From a virus, in IMG/VR virus record IMGVR_UViG_3300025120_010481, positions 1 through 64,000 of that record: a stretch of DNA of 64,000 bases. One strand, given 5' to 3'. Shown here piece by piece: positions 20,323 through 30,022 of the stretch. The first letter of the stretch is position 1. Each line of letters begins with the position of its first letter. The notes under the pieces were generated by a model, which was given only the letters and a program-made list of their open reading frames with translations, was not told where the DNA came from and did no database searches. The translations under genes and the position numbers were made by a program.

Positions 20323-21220
20323 CTTGTTTCCTCTTTGATAGAGTTTCAATTATCTGTTTAGCTCTAGCTTCTGCGGTTCCATATTTCAATAGCCATTCTC
20401 TTTGATCCTTGATTCCCTCAAGATATAAGTCTGTTGGCTTATTATTTACTATAAGTTTATTGACGATATGCTCAAGTTCTTCTTTGGATGAATAAGAGCC
20501 ACAAGGCATATTTACCGGAGAGCAAGTCTTAGGCTTTTTATCGTAATCCCTAAAAAGCAAATACGCACCACCTGCCATTATTTCGTAGTGCCTCAAAGAA
20601 TCCCAACCACCCTTCATGCAGGTTAAACCAAAAAAAGAAGTCTGTATATCATTATAATAGTCATTTTCTTCAGAAAAAACATATAAATTTCTAGCTGCTG
20701 GCCCTAATATTTGAGGCCCAAATAAAGCGTATGGTGGTGCAGTTTGTGCGAATAGTTGGGTTTTTCGATTAACCGCTATCAGCCTTATCCTGTGACTAGG
20801 AATACCAAAACCTATAGGGTATACGTTGTCCTGCTCAGAAAAAAGCTCTCTTTTAAAACATGGAGTCCTAGATATATTTGAATGATCGTGTCCATCTAAA
20901 TACCACACTCCGTATTTTGCTAGTTTATCTATCTCTGGGTAATTCTTGACACCGTAAGCGTCTGTAACACCATATAACACAAAATCTATATCAGATAATT
21001 CTCTACTTGCAATATCTTTTATAGGTTCTGTAAGCAAGCTAAACCCCCAACCGTGAAGTTCGTTTTTGGGCGACTCTGAAAAGTCTCCGTACATAATTTT
21101 CTTCCTAGGGTAGTCTATGCAGTCGTCTCCCAGAACTTTTCTTAGCCCGACCAATGTAGACACCTCTTGGTAATCCCCTTGAGATTTAGGGTCTGAGGTT
21201 GTTATGTAGATAATTCTCAC
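20303..21220 (-). CDS. GT-B glycosyltransferase-like protein
   Basis: YLDGHD, FKREL, SFFGLT.MKGGWDSLRHYEIMAGG; GTG start with GGAGG RBS. Confidence 0.75.
   Translation of the reverse strand: MRIIYITTSDPKSQGDYQEVSTLVGLRKVLGDDCIDYPRKKIMYGDFSESPKNELHGWGFSLLTEPIKDIASRELSDIDFVLYGVTDAYGVKNYPEIDKLAKYGVWYLDGHDHSNISRTPCFKRELFSEQDNVYPIGFGIPSHRIRLIAVNRKTQLFAQTAPPYALFGPQILGPAARNLYVFSEENDYYNDIQTSFFGLTCMKGGWDSLRHYEIMAGGAYLLFRDYDKKPKTCSPVNMPCGSYSSKEELEHIVNKLIVNNKPTDLYLEGIKDQREWLLKYGTAEARAKQIIETLSKRKQDDEKIP
20319..20359. repeat. Direct repeat copy A flanking the methyltransferase gene
   Basis: tcatcttgtttcctctttgatagagttt; partner at 19691. Confidence 0.8.
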
Positions 21221-22046
21221 CTAGCACCTCCATTATATTTTTAGCACAACCCTCAAAAGAGTAATATCCTTGATAAGCTTCTCTTCCCTTAGAAAGCATC
21301 GTGTTTATCGTGTCATTATCGTAACTTTTTAATTTGGTTAACAGGTCGTCAATTTCTTCAACGTGGCAAAGAACTCCATAATCAGAAAAATTAACTCTGT
21401 CTTTAAATGGAATCCAAGGTTCGTCGTATATGTATACCGGAATAGCCCCAGCCTGTAATGCTTCACATATTCTAAACGAGGTCTTTCCGTAACCTCTAGG
21501 ACATAAAGCAAAAACTGAATCGCTCATCAAAGAGGTGAAATAACCCCTTGGAAGTTTCTCCGACCTTTCCATGACCAAAATTTCATCAGAGCCTTGAGGT
21601 ATTTCTCTGCTCCACATCCACATTTTTTCGCGTACAGAATGTCTCCCAAAGATAGCACCTATAAAAGAAGCTAAAAATCTTTTACTTTTATTTTCGGGGT
21701 ACGCTTGCTGGTTGCAATTAAGTGGTATAGCATAGTCTCCGACACCGCCTGAGCTAAATGTAACCAAATCCAAATGGCTAACATCGTGCTGTATCCCATC
21801 GTCCCATTGGCAGATAGTATAATACTTTTTCGATGTGTCGAGTTGATTCAAGTAGTTTTGAAGATCGCTCATATCTAGATTGCAATAAGATTTACTAATA
21901 TAATAATTAGTCCAAAAAACATCAAGGTAATATCTTTGACTTTTCTCATGAAGTGCCGGAGGATTATAAACATTCCCAAAATATTCTTCAAATATACAAT
22001 GGTTTGTTGGCGGGTTCTCATGATTTGTTGCAGTTCTGAAATTCAA
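21186..22046 (-). CDS. Exostosin (GT47) family glycosyltransferase
   Basis: LASFIG, SVFALCPRGYGKTSFRICEALQAGAIPVYI; likely TTG start at 22046 (ORF track extends to 22085). Confidence 0.85.
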   Translation of the reverse strand: MNFRTATNHENPPTNHCIFEEYFGNVYNPPALHEKSQRYYLDVFWTNYYISKSYCNLDMSDLQNYLNQLDTSKKYYTICQWDDGIQHDVSHLDLVTFSSGGVGDYAIPLNCNQQAYPENKSKRFLASFIGAIFGRHSVREKMWMWSREIPQGSDEILVMERSEKLPRGYFTSLMSDSVFALCPRGYGKTSFRICEALQAGAIPVYIYDEPWIPFKDRVNFSDYGVLCHVEEIDDLLTKLKSYDNDTINTMLSKGREAYQGYYSFEGCAKNIMEVLGENYLHNNLRP

Positions 22047-22912
22047 AGGGTTTCTCCCATGTAAAATTTTGTATTCGGTTGCCAACTAGAGTGCCAAAGG
22101 TGACACGCCATACTGTGATGTTTTAGGTATTTATTTATAATTTCTAGGCTCACTTCATTTCTATAAAAAGCGGGGAAAGGATGAAATGTTTGAGATGGCA
22201 TAATTAAAATGTCGTCTCTAAAAGCGTCACCGTTAAGGTATTTTAGCATAGATCGAGTTAGAAGCCAAGGCCCAGTTTGAAAAAGAACCCTACTTTGATC
22301 ACATGAGATAGAACTATAACCCTTTTCTAAGTCCGGTTTACTTACTTCTTCTACGCACATTTTTACTATTGGATGATTAGGACTGGATGCCATAATTCCA
22401 TTATTTAATTGTACGGGTCTTTCTAGGCATATACCAGCATAAAAAGACCAACTGTCATGCAGGTATTTAAACTTTTCAGAGCAAGTGCATAAAAAGTCAG
22501 TATCTACGTAAAGCCCTCCCATCTCTAGGAGTATCTCATACCTAAGTATATCAGATTTAATCCCAAAACTTTTAGCGTTTGAAAAATTACTATAAGATGA
22601 TTTGCTCTTCATAAAGGCTTCTGAGTCTTCATTGCCCCACAACTTAAATTCAAATGAAGGGTTTTTAGATTTCCAGTCTTCTATGTTGCCCTCATAAAAT
22701 TTAGGAATATCATTTCCGAGCCATATAAAGTGAACAATTTTAGGTATAGGATTTTCAACTGCATCCTGTTTGATTTTAGCGTTGTCAAAAATCTGCGATA
22801 TTTTAATCCAGTCTGGATCGTCCATAGCGTATCTAGGATTAAACAAAGAGGTTTCTATAAGGCATTTGTTTAAAAAGTTTGAAAAAAATTCATTGTTTAA
22901 CATATAAAGCAT
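22043..22912 (-). CDS. GT32 (Och1-like) glycosyltransferase
   Basis: IPKIVHFIWLG, SDILRYEIL..GGLYVDTD, TGPWLLT. Confidence 0.9.
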   Translation of the reverse strand: MLYMLNNEFFSNFLNKCLIETSLFNPRYAMDDPDWIKISQIFDNAKIKQDAVENPIPKIVHFIWLGNDIPKFYEGNIEDWKSKNPSFEFKLWGNEDSEAFMKSKSSYSNFSNAKSFGIKSDILRYEILLEMGGLYVDTDFLCTCSEKFKYLHDSWSFYAGICLERPVQLNNGIMASSPNHPIVKMCVEEVSKPDLEKGYSSISCDQSRVLFQTGPWLLTRSMLKYLNGDAFRDDILIMPSQTFHPFPAFYRNEVSLEIINKYLKHHSMACHLWHSSWQPNTKFYMGETL

Positions 22913-23507
22913 CCCCCCAACTTTGAGACTGCCAAACAGCTTTAACTCTTGTAAAGCCTCTTTGGTCTAGAAAGTGATCAACCTCTTCAATTTGGCAGCA
23001 GTTTTCATAAACTTCATCTCTGTTAACTTCCACAATCAAAGAATCTACGTTTAGTAAGGTTTTTTCAGAGCCTTTTAATACGTGAAGCTCGTAGCCTTGA
23101 ACGTCAATGTTCATAAAGTTAGCGTCAAAAAACTCGTAATCGTCTAAAATGCAAACCTTCACGGTTTCCGTGTGCGTAAACGTCACCTCTGGGTGTTCCG
23201 TCAGGTGAACTTTCGGTTTTAATAATGAGCTAGATGCACCATCCCCGTTCTCAACTCCACCAGAGCGATGAGAAATATTTAATTCCATTTCGCCTTTCTC
23301 GCAACCAAGTGCTACATTGTGAACTGATTCAGTGGGTGTCAACTGACTTTTTATTATCTCGTACATTCTTTTTTGGGGTTCAAACATAATTGTGTCTTTA
23401 ACCCCTATTGAGCGATACGATTCTAGCTCTTCACCTCTAAATCCCCCAACGTGAATTACTTTATTTATTGGAACTATTCTGTTAATTTCAGCAATGTTAA
23501 AAACCAT
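22890..23507 (-). CDS. FkbM family methyltransferase
   Basis: HVGG, FEPQ, NIDVQGYELHVLKG, WGDALY. Confidence 0.9.
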   Translation of the reverse strand: MVFNIAEINRIVPINKVIHVGGFRGEELESYRSIGVKDTIMFEPQKRMYEIIKSQLTPTESVHNVALGCEKGEMELNISHRSGGVENGDGASSSLLKPKVHLTEHPEVTFTHTETVKVCILDDYEFFDANFMNIDVQGYELHVLKGSEKTLLNVDSLIVEVNRDEVYENCCQIEEVDHFLDQRGFTRVKAVWQSQSWGDALYVKQ

Positions 23508-23509
23508 AT

Positions 23510-24385
23510 TTAAATTACTCCTTTCATTATGTCAATTTCTGTGTGTGGGCAATCTATATGTCCTATTGGAATCTTTGAGAAGTCGATTCTTTTCCCCTGT
23601 TCGTATAGTCGAAGCATCTCATCGGGAGAACAGTAGTAAGTGTCTCCTGACGAGTTACTCTCAAAATTTCCCGAAACTCTATTGTTTGGACTGTTAACGT
23701 AAGAGCTTTCAAGTGAGCTAGACATCCACTGAGTTGTCGAACACCAAACCGCTTGTAGTCCAGCTTCGTAGTCGTTTGGCGTTTGGCACTTCAACCCATT
23801 ATGGACTGATAGGGTGCATATCGAGTTAGTCCAATCAAAAATATCATTATGCCTAAAGGCGTGACCGTCAACAGAGTGAGAATAAGACCAGTAGTTACCG
23901 TAGAAGTGTGCAGTTTTATCCCAATACAAGACTCCATTTTCCAAGTCCACTCTAGACTTTTGTGGAATTTTACAAACTTGGTCAGGAGCACTCTGCCCCT
24001 GATGCTCTCTACGTACCACATTTAAACCCATACGCATAGAATAAGTTACAACATTAGTATTTTGCATAACCTTTTCTATAATTCCAACGTCTTGCTCTTT
24101 AAACATTATTCCGTCATCAGTAAAAAAGCACACAAGAGGGTTTTTGTTTTCTTTTGAAAGTATAGACCACGTACATTTAAACAGGTTTTTATCTGTCTGC
24201 TGCGAAAAGTTAACCTCTGGATGTTCAGTCTTTAACGTTTCAATGCTGTTCCGATATTTTTCTGAGTAGTTTTCTATTACAGTTATAGTAATTGCGTCCG
24301 AGCCTACAAGGTTTTTCTTTATAGACTTCAGGCAGAGATCGAGTTGCAAAGGTCTGTCTTTGCTAAATATAATCGTAGTAATCAC
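23510..24385 (-). CDS. GT2-like (GT-A) glycosyltransferase
   Basis: IIFSKDRPLQL, FFTDD, SMRMG. Confidence 0.7.
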   Translation of the reverse strand: MITTIIFSKDRPLQLDLCLKSIKKNLVGSDAITITVIENYSEKYRNSIETLKTEHPEVNFSQQTDKNLFKCTWSILSKENKNPLVCFFTDDGIMFKEQDVGIIEKVMQNTNVVTYSMRMGLNVVRREHQGQSAPDQVCKIPQKSRVDLENGVLYWDKTAHFYGNYWSYSHSVDGHAFRHNDIFDWTNSICTLSVHNGLKCQTPNDYEAGLQAVWCSTTQWMSSSLESSYVNSPNNRVSGNFESNSSGDTYYCSPDEMLRLYEQGKRIDFSKIPIGHIDCPHTEIDIMKGVI

Positions 24386-25316
24386 TTAATCTTTCCTTGT
24401 TTGCGTAAAACCATTCAATTGTGTCAACCAAGCCCAAATCCAAAGGTTTTGCCGCTTGCCATCCCAGTTTTTCTTTTGCTAGACTTACATCTAGACACCT
24501 TCTAGGTTGACCATTTGGCTTTGTGTTGTCAAAGTCAATAATCCCTTTGTAGCCCATAATTTGTGCTATCTTATTTACCAAGTCTGAGATGGATATTTCT
24601 TGTCCTGTTCCTAGATTGATTGGATCAGGAGATGTTTCTACTTCCACTGCTTTAACGATTGCGTCAGCACAGTCAGATGCGTACAAAAATTCTCTACTGG
24701 CAGTTCCATCGCCCCAAATTGTGATCTCTGGGTCTACCATTGTGTCCATTGCTTTTGCAATTTTTAAAATTAGAGCAGGAATAACGTGGCTACTTCTTGG
24801 GTCGAAGTTGTCGTCCATTCCATACATATTAACTGGAATTAAATTACAAGAGTTGAACCCGTATTGATTTTTATACGCGATAAGCATTTCCATCAGGGTT
24901 TTCTTGGCGATCCCGTATGGTGCATTGGTTTCCTCTGGGTAGCCATTCCAAAGATCGCTTTCCTTGAAAGGAACGGGCGTGAATTTAGGGTAGGCACAAA
25001 CAGTGCCAAGCATTACAAACTTTTCTGTTCCGTACTGCCTACATCCTTCAATAAGGTTCATACCCATAGCCAAGTTGTCGTATAAAAACTTTCCGGGCTG
25101 CTCCTGATTGATTCCAATTCCCCCACAAGTTGCAGCTAGGTGGATAACCTTTTCTGGCTTTGTTGAGGTAAGAGCATGAAACACTTGCTTCTTGTCTGTT
25201 AAGTCAAACTCTCTTTTGCCGTTTAGTGGAATCACATCGTGCTGGGCATTTTTTAAAGCCCTGCAAACAGCCTTTCCTAAAAATCCATTTGCCCCAGTTA
25301 CTAATACTCTAGTCAT
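24363..25316 (-). CDS. fcl: GDP-L-fucose synthase
   Basis: GANGFLG, HLAATCGGIG.N, GTVCAYPK, PEETNAPYGIAKK, SHVIPALI, WGDG..SREFLY, GQPRR. Confidence 0.92.
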   Translation of the reverse strand: MTRVLVTGANGFLGKAVCRALKNAQHDVIPLNGKREFDLTDKKQVFHALTSTKPEKVIHLAATCGGIGINQEQPGKFLYDNLAMGMNLIEGCRQYGTEKFVMLGTVCAYPKFTPVPFKESDLWNGYPEETNAPYGIAKKTLMEMLIAYKNQYGFNSCNLIPVNMYGMDDNFDPRSSHVIPALILKIAKAMDTMVDPEITIWGDGTASREFLYASDCADAIVKAVEVETSPDPINLGTGQEISISDLVNKIAQIMGYKGIIDFDNTKPNGQPRRCLDVSLAKEKLGWQAAKPLDLGLVDTIEWFYANKERLSDYYDYI

Positions 25317-26305
25317 CTATTCTTAAACTCCTTTAATATTTCCATCACCCTAACTTGATTAGAGTGATTTTTCAAAACAAAATCCTTACCCTTCGAGGCA
25401 ATAGCATTTCTCTCAGAGTCATTTTTAAGGTAATGATCAACTTTCTCTTTAAAGTCTTTTGGGGATTCTGCGATTACAATGTTGTCACCAAACATTTTAT
25501 ATCCCTCTACATTATCGCTAATACAGAACCCTCCAGCACATAAAACTTTAAATATTCTTTCATTTACATCAAATCCAAACTTCTGTGCGTGAGGCTCAGA
25601 AAGATTAGGACAGATTTTAGCTGAAGCAAATAAGTCTTTTACTTTATCGTCTTTGATTAGCCCACAATATTGATTTACATACCAGTTTTGATTTCCAAAA
25701 ATTTTAACATTGTACTCGCCAACATTTTTAAGCAATGGGAAAAGGTAAGGTTCTATTACTTGCCCCTTGTAAGGCCAGTACCCGCCAACAAAACCAATGT
25801 CACAGGCGTAGTTAGGGTCTAAAGTTGGGCTGGCGTAAGAATCTACATCTGCACACATCATTATAGAAGCGGCTCTAACCCCGATGCTTTCGTAGTGATT
25901 GTGAGTTTGTTCCAGTGCCTCTTTTGGGTAATGAATATGAACGAACGAAATTTGACCAGTTTCACCTTGCAGTCTTTTCAAGGTTTCAATTTCACCTTTC
26001 GTCGCGTAAAGTATATTGTAAATGCTTTTGTCTACTTCTTTTTCATGGTCTCCCCAGTCTCCTGCACGTAGGCCAACTTTTAAATGCGGTCTTTCTTTTA
26101 TACATTTAATAACTGCTGGAGTCAAGTTATATAATTGCCCCAAAAAAATATCTGGCTCAAAACTATCGAAAGCGTCAAACGCTGGAACTGCATTGCAGTC
26201 CCACAAAGCAACTGACACTCCATGTATATTTGAAAGTGCGTTAGCCCAAGACTGCCTCTGGTAGTAATGAGCGTGGTATCCATCGCTAGAAATTAATATC
26301 TTCAT
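25313..26305 (-). CDS. CgeB-like (Glyco_trans_1_2) glycosyltransferase
   Basis: DIGFVGG, SAKICPN, NERIFKV..GGFCISD, ERNAIASKG..VLKNH. Confidence 0.85.
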   Translation of the reverse strand: MKILISSDGYHAHYYQRQSWANALSNIHGVSVALWDCNAVPAFDAFDSFEPDIFLGQLYNLTPAVIKCIKERPHLKVGLRAGDWGDHEKEVDKSIYNILYATKGEIETLKRLQGETGQISFVHIHYPKEALEQTHNHYESIGVRAASIMMCADVDSYASPTLDPNYACDIGFVGGYWPYKGQVIEPYLFPLLKNVGEYNVKIFGNQNWYVNQYCGLIKDDKVKDLFASAKICPNLSEPHAQKFGFDVNERIFKVLCAGGFCISDNVEGYKMFGDNIVIAESPKDFKEKVDHYLKNDSERNAIASKGKDFVLKNHSNQVRVMEILKEFKNR

Positions 26306-27011
26306 TTTTTGCGTCCTTTATTGTGTCGATTTCCAGTATTTTCATGTGTTTAGGCTCTATACATTTAAATGAGCCACCCTCAGAAATGATTTGATTTATT
26401 AGTTCGAATGACAACATCTTTTTGTCTGTTTCGTTAAATTTATTAAATATATTTCTTAGCAGATACAATTCCTTGCCAGTAAAGAACGCTATCTGACACC
26501 ATTTTTTTTCAAGACCATAAGATAAAACCGAGAGCCTGCCATCAACTTCAACCAAGCCAACTTCGTTTTTCTTCATCATTCCCGTTGAGTCTACGACCAC
26601 AAAAGATTCATGGTAATTTATTTCAGCCAATAAGTCCCTATTAAAAACTAAATCTCCGTGAAGGAAAATAAAGTTAGAAGTTACAGAGGCGTTAAATGCC
26701 AACCTTAAACTTTCTGAATTGTTAGTAGTTTCGTAAAGTTGATTTTCAACGATTCTGACCTTTTCTCCTATTTTTTTAAAAACTCTATGAGGCTTGCAGC
26801 CCACAACCGTCACAATATCAGGCTTTTCAAAGGCAAATTTTATAGCATCCAACTGCCAATCAATTATAAGTTTATCTTTAATCTTTATAAGACTTCTCGG
26901 CTCGCATGATTTTATTCTAGCTCCCAGCCCAGCGTTAAGAATGGCGACTGATACATCCTTTAGTTTTTTTGAGTCCTTGGAGGGCAATATTTTTGCTGTA
27001 TTTCTATCCAT
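26286..27011 (-). CDS. Nucleotidyltransferase (LicC/phosphocholine cytidylyltransferase-like)
   Basis: ILNAGLGAR..PRSLI, NNSESLRL, HGDLVF, EIDT.KD. Confidence 0.75.
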   Translation of the reverse strand: MDRNTAKILPSKDSKKLKDVSVAILNAGLGARIKSCEPRSLIKIKDKLIIDWQLDAIKFAFEKPDIVTVVGCKPHRVFKKIGEKVRIVENQLYETTNNSESLRLAFNASVTSNFIFLHGDLVFNRDLLAEINYHESFVVVDSTGMMKKNEVGLVEVDGRLSVLSYGLEKKWCQIAFFTGKELYLLRNIFNKFNETDKKMLSFELINQIISEGGSFKCIEPKHMKILEIDTIKDAKNEDINF

Positions 27012-27735
27012 TGATACCTCTTATAACCTTGGCGTTTTCATTGAATATTTCTGATGTCATTTTCATTGATTGATTTCTACCATGCTGATTTGCATAACCT
27101 AAATTTTCAGGCACATGAGTCATTAAGCAAACGTTTGAAAGCCTCAACCATAAATCGTAATCTTCTGTACATCCTATAAATGGCTGACTGGCTGGCCCAT
27201 GTAATTTACTATTGTAGAATTCTCCATTAGGTGAAACAATCATTTCTAAATATTTTTTCTTAATCAAAGAATTACTGTGAACGATACATTCATGGTGAAG
27301 TAACTGCTTGTCGTAGGCTTTTTTAAATTCGCGTTTAGTGTAAGTAGGAAAAACATTTTCGTAATCAGCGTATGCCACTCCGACCTCATCGTGAGCGACA
27401 AGTTTGGCTACCAATTTTTCTACTTTTTCTGGGCGATAGCCATCATCAGCATCTAGTACGCCAATAATATCAGCCCAGTCCCAACACATTCTAATCGCCA
27501 CATTACGGGCGACACTAGCACCAGAGTTTTCTATATTTAAGATTTCGACTTCAATTTTGTCAGTATTAAAATTTCGTATCTTCTCCCAAGAATCGTCGGT
27601 TGAACCATCATCTACGACATACAGGCGAAGCTCACCTTTGTATGTTTGGCTTGCAATGCTTTCCATAGCCTCAATAATATAGTCACTATAGTTATAATTA
27701 GCACAAATAATAGCAACTTTAGGTAAATTATTCAT
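27004..27735 (-). CDS. Glycosyltransferase family 2
   Basis: VVDDGSTD, GASVARN, LDADD, EDYDLWLR. Confidence 0.92.
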   Translation of the reverse strand: MNNLPKVAIICANYNYSDYIIEAMESIASQTYKGELRLYVVDDGSTDDSWEKIRNFNTDKIEVEILNIENSGASVARNVAIRMCWDWADIIGVLDADDGYRPEKVEKLVAKLVAHDEVGVAYADYENVFPTYTKREFKKAYDKQLLHHECIVHSNSLIKKKYLEMIVSPNGEFYNSKLHGPASQPFIGCTEDYDLWLRLSNVCLMTHVPENLGYANQHGRNQSMKMTSEIFNENAKVIRGING

Positions 27736-28546
27736 TGTTGAATTTCTCCCATGTGAGAAGACACTCTTCATTGCTTCTACTTGCGGCATCTCTAACCTTT
27801 TCGACGAACGGTCTACTGTCAGAATATTCGTCGTTAAAAACCTTTGTTTTATTTCCGTTCAGAAACTTAAACAGGGGAGTGTGAAACAACATGCCATCTG
27901 ACTCGCTGTAAGGCTCAACAAGCGACAATCTTTTAAGTTCTATGTTTACCCGATTATGAACCCTTTTGATCAAGTCTCTAGCTACAGGCTCGCCAGAAGT
28001 AGTCACGTAAAGCCATCCGTTTTTAGCATGAGTAAATGCTTCGTCCACAACTCTATCAACATTTACAAACTTAGCTTCCATTTGCACTATGTGAAACTCT
28101 GTAATGTCCCAAGTAAAATTGGATGTTAGAACGCCAAAAATTTCTTCGTTGTATTCAACTCTGTCGTTAATTACGGCGATATATCTTGCTGGCACTTCTT
28201 CTTGATTTGCGATATCTTGAACTGTTTTTTCTAAGTCCACAATGGGATTTTCGGATTCTGCATTAAACTTTAGAAAAAATCCAACGCGAGGATGTATTTC
28301 TTCTAGTACGTGAGATTTAGGGTCTTGATAGTCATCTATTTCATCTAGCCAGTCTTGCGGCCTATAGGTTGTGCAAAATCTTTCTAGTTTGAACCAATCT
28401 TTTTTTTCTTGGATTCCTAGTTTTTCAGCCCTGTTTAGCTCACATCCCGCTTGAACTTCATTTTCATCTAGGACTGCAAATACGCAGCCATCGCAACTTG
28501 AGTGGACTTGTAATTCCTGAGTTGTTTTATTTTCTGGTTCGCTCAT
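27728..28546 (-). CDS. Hypothetical protein with a Cys-rich N-terminus and possible degenerate GT-A fold
   Basis: CDGC..C..C cluster followed by alpha/beta segments; coupled within the operon. Confidence 0.45.
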   Translation of the reverse strand: MSEPENKTTQELQVHSSCDGCVFAVLDENEVQAGCELNRAEKLGIQEKKDWFKLERFCTTYRPQDWLDEIDDYQDPKSHVLEEIHPRVGFFLKFNAESENPIVDLEKTVQDIANQEEVPARYIAVINDRVEYNEEIFGVLTSNFTWDITEFHIVQMEAKFVNVDRVVDEAFTHAKNGWLYVTTSGEPVARDLIKRVHNRVNIELKRLSLVEPYSESDGMLFHTPLFKFLNGNKTKVFNDEYSDSRPFVEKVRDAASRSNEECLLTWEKFNNE

Positions 28547-29028
28547 TAGTTTCCTCCCGACTGAGATAGACCTGAAACTCTTTGCATAGTTACTTGAACA
28601 ATAGGTTCAGTGCTAAAATTGACTTGCTTTTCAAGCCGTACACCTAATTGGTTTTCAATTGACTCGATGTAAGACAAAAGTGTCTCGTAATCAATGCCAA
28701 AGGAGCGACACTGTTGAATATCTGAAAATATAAAATTATTAAAGTCGTTTAAGGTGATATTGCCTTTTGTCATCTCCCTAGAAAGTCTAGGAATATCAAA
28801 TGTGTTGATTTGCAGTATTCCACCTAATCTTATTTTAGACACAAGGTGAGCAAGTAAATCTCTGAAGTGTTCGGGCTTGCAGGCCGAGAAAAAATTGTCG
28901 CAGACTAAAAGCCTACATTCTGAAGGCTCGCACTCCATGTCTAGTTCTGCAAGGCTGTGAACTACCTTCTCCGTGACCTTCCGAAGTTCCGCAGTTTGTA
29001 AATTATATGGGGTAATAGTAATTCTCAT
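28546..29028 (-). CDS. Degenerate SAM-methyltransferase-like protein
   Basis: LVSKIRLGGILQINTFD resembles LkpGG.l.i..pD; no clear GxG motif I. Confidence 0.45.
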   Translation of the reverse strand: MRITITPYNLQTAELRKVTEKVVHSLAELDMECEPSECRLLVCDNFFSACKPEHFRDLLAHLVSKIRLGGILQINTFDIPRLSREMTKGNITLNDFNNFIFSDIQQCRSFGIDYETLLSYIESIENQLGVRLEKQVNFSTEPIVQVTMQRVSGLSQSGGN

Positions 29029-29041
29029 TATGTATTCCTCG

Positions 29042-30022
29042 TTAGTTTTTGGTGACAATTTCTTTAAAGTGTAAATTCCAATCGCTTACAAATCTCTCCA
29101 TGTTGAAGCATTTATTTACCGTTTCCTTCGCTTTTAAGCCCATCTGTTGAGCTTTGTCTTCATCTTGCAATAACTCTGCACAAAAAGATATTAGCTCATT
29201 TGGATCGTTGCTTAGATATCCATTTACGCCATGTTCGATAATCTCTGGGATCATGCAGTTGTTGGTTGAAACAATCGGTAGCCCGCACGCCATAGCCTCT
29301 AGCATTGAAGTTGGAACGGGCGAGACTAAAGAGGTGTTCAGGTAAAGAGACGCTTCTTGGTACAGAAATCTTAGATGCCCTTTAGATTCAGCGGCACTTG
29401 AGAAGTTGGGGTGAGATGTGCATTTTCCAACAACCCCACACGGCACGCTCTCGCTAATCGCACGCCACAAATTAAAACCACAACACCAATCTCTTGTAGG
29501 AAATTCGTTTACCACTGAAATACAGTGAGGTTTTTTGGCCGCACCAACTTCCTCGCCCCAAAACCCTACATCAATTCCATGCTCGATAACTTTAGCAAAG
29601 GGATCAACACCCCATTCGTTCTTGCTGTAATTTGATATAAAAACATTTGAATTAGGCCATTTAAACATTTCCAAGTTTTCATTCGAATTTGGCTGTGGTA
29701 AAATATGCGTTAAAAGAATTACGGGTGCTCCAAAGTTTTTAGATATTTCCATAGCGGCAGGCATATGGCTTTGGTGTTGAGCTAAAATCAAATCAATCTT
29801 TAGAGTGTTGGGAATCATTTTAATTTGATGGTAGTTACTAGGAACTTCCCCGTATTCAGTATCCCAAGTTTTACCGCCTATATCCAAGGAGTAAAAATTG
29901 TGACCAGTTTTACAAAGTCCTTGCTCATATCGCTCGTGAGTAGCGAATGTCAAAATATTCAACTCGCTCAAATCTTTGCGAAACATGTAAGAGCTAATTG
30001 TTTCATGTGTTGCGTTATACAT
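29042..30022 (-). CDS. GT4 glycosyltransferase
   Basis: IEHGID, PTSMLEAMACGLPIV, PEIIEHGVNGY. Confidence 0.9.
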   Translation of the reverse strand: MYNATHETISSYMFRKDLSELNILTFATHERYEQGLCKTGHNFYSLDIGGKTWDTEYGEVPSNYHQIKMIPNTLKIDLILAQHQSHMPAAMEISKNFGAPVILLTHILPQPNSNENLEMFKWPNSNVFISNYSKNEWGVDPFAKVIEHGIDVGFWGEEVGAAKKPHCISVVNEFPTRDWCCGFNLWRAISESVPCGVVGKCTSHPNFSSAAESKGHLRFLYQEASLYLNTSLVSPVPTSMLEAMACGLPIVSTNNCMIPEIIEHGVNGYLSNDPNELISFCAELLQDEDKAQQMGLKAKETVNKCFNMERFVSDWNLHFKEIVTKN

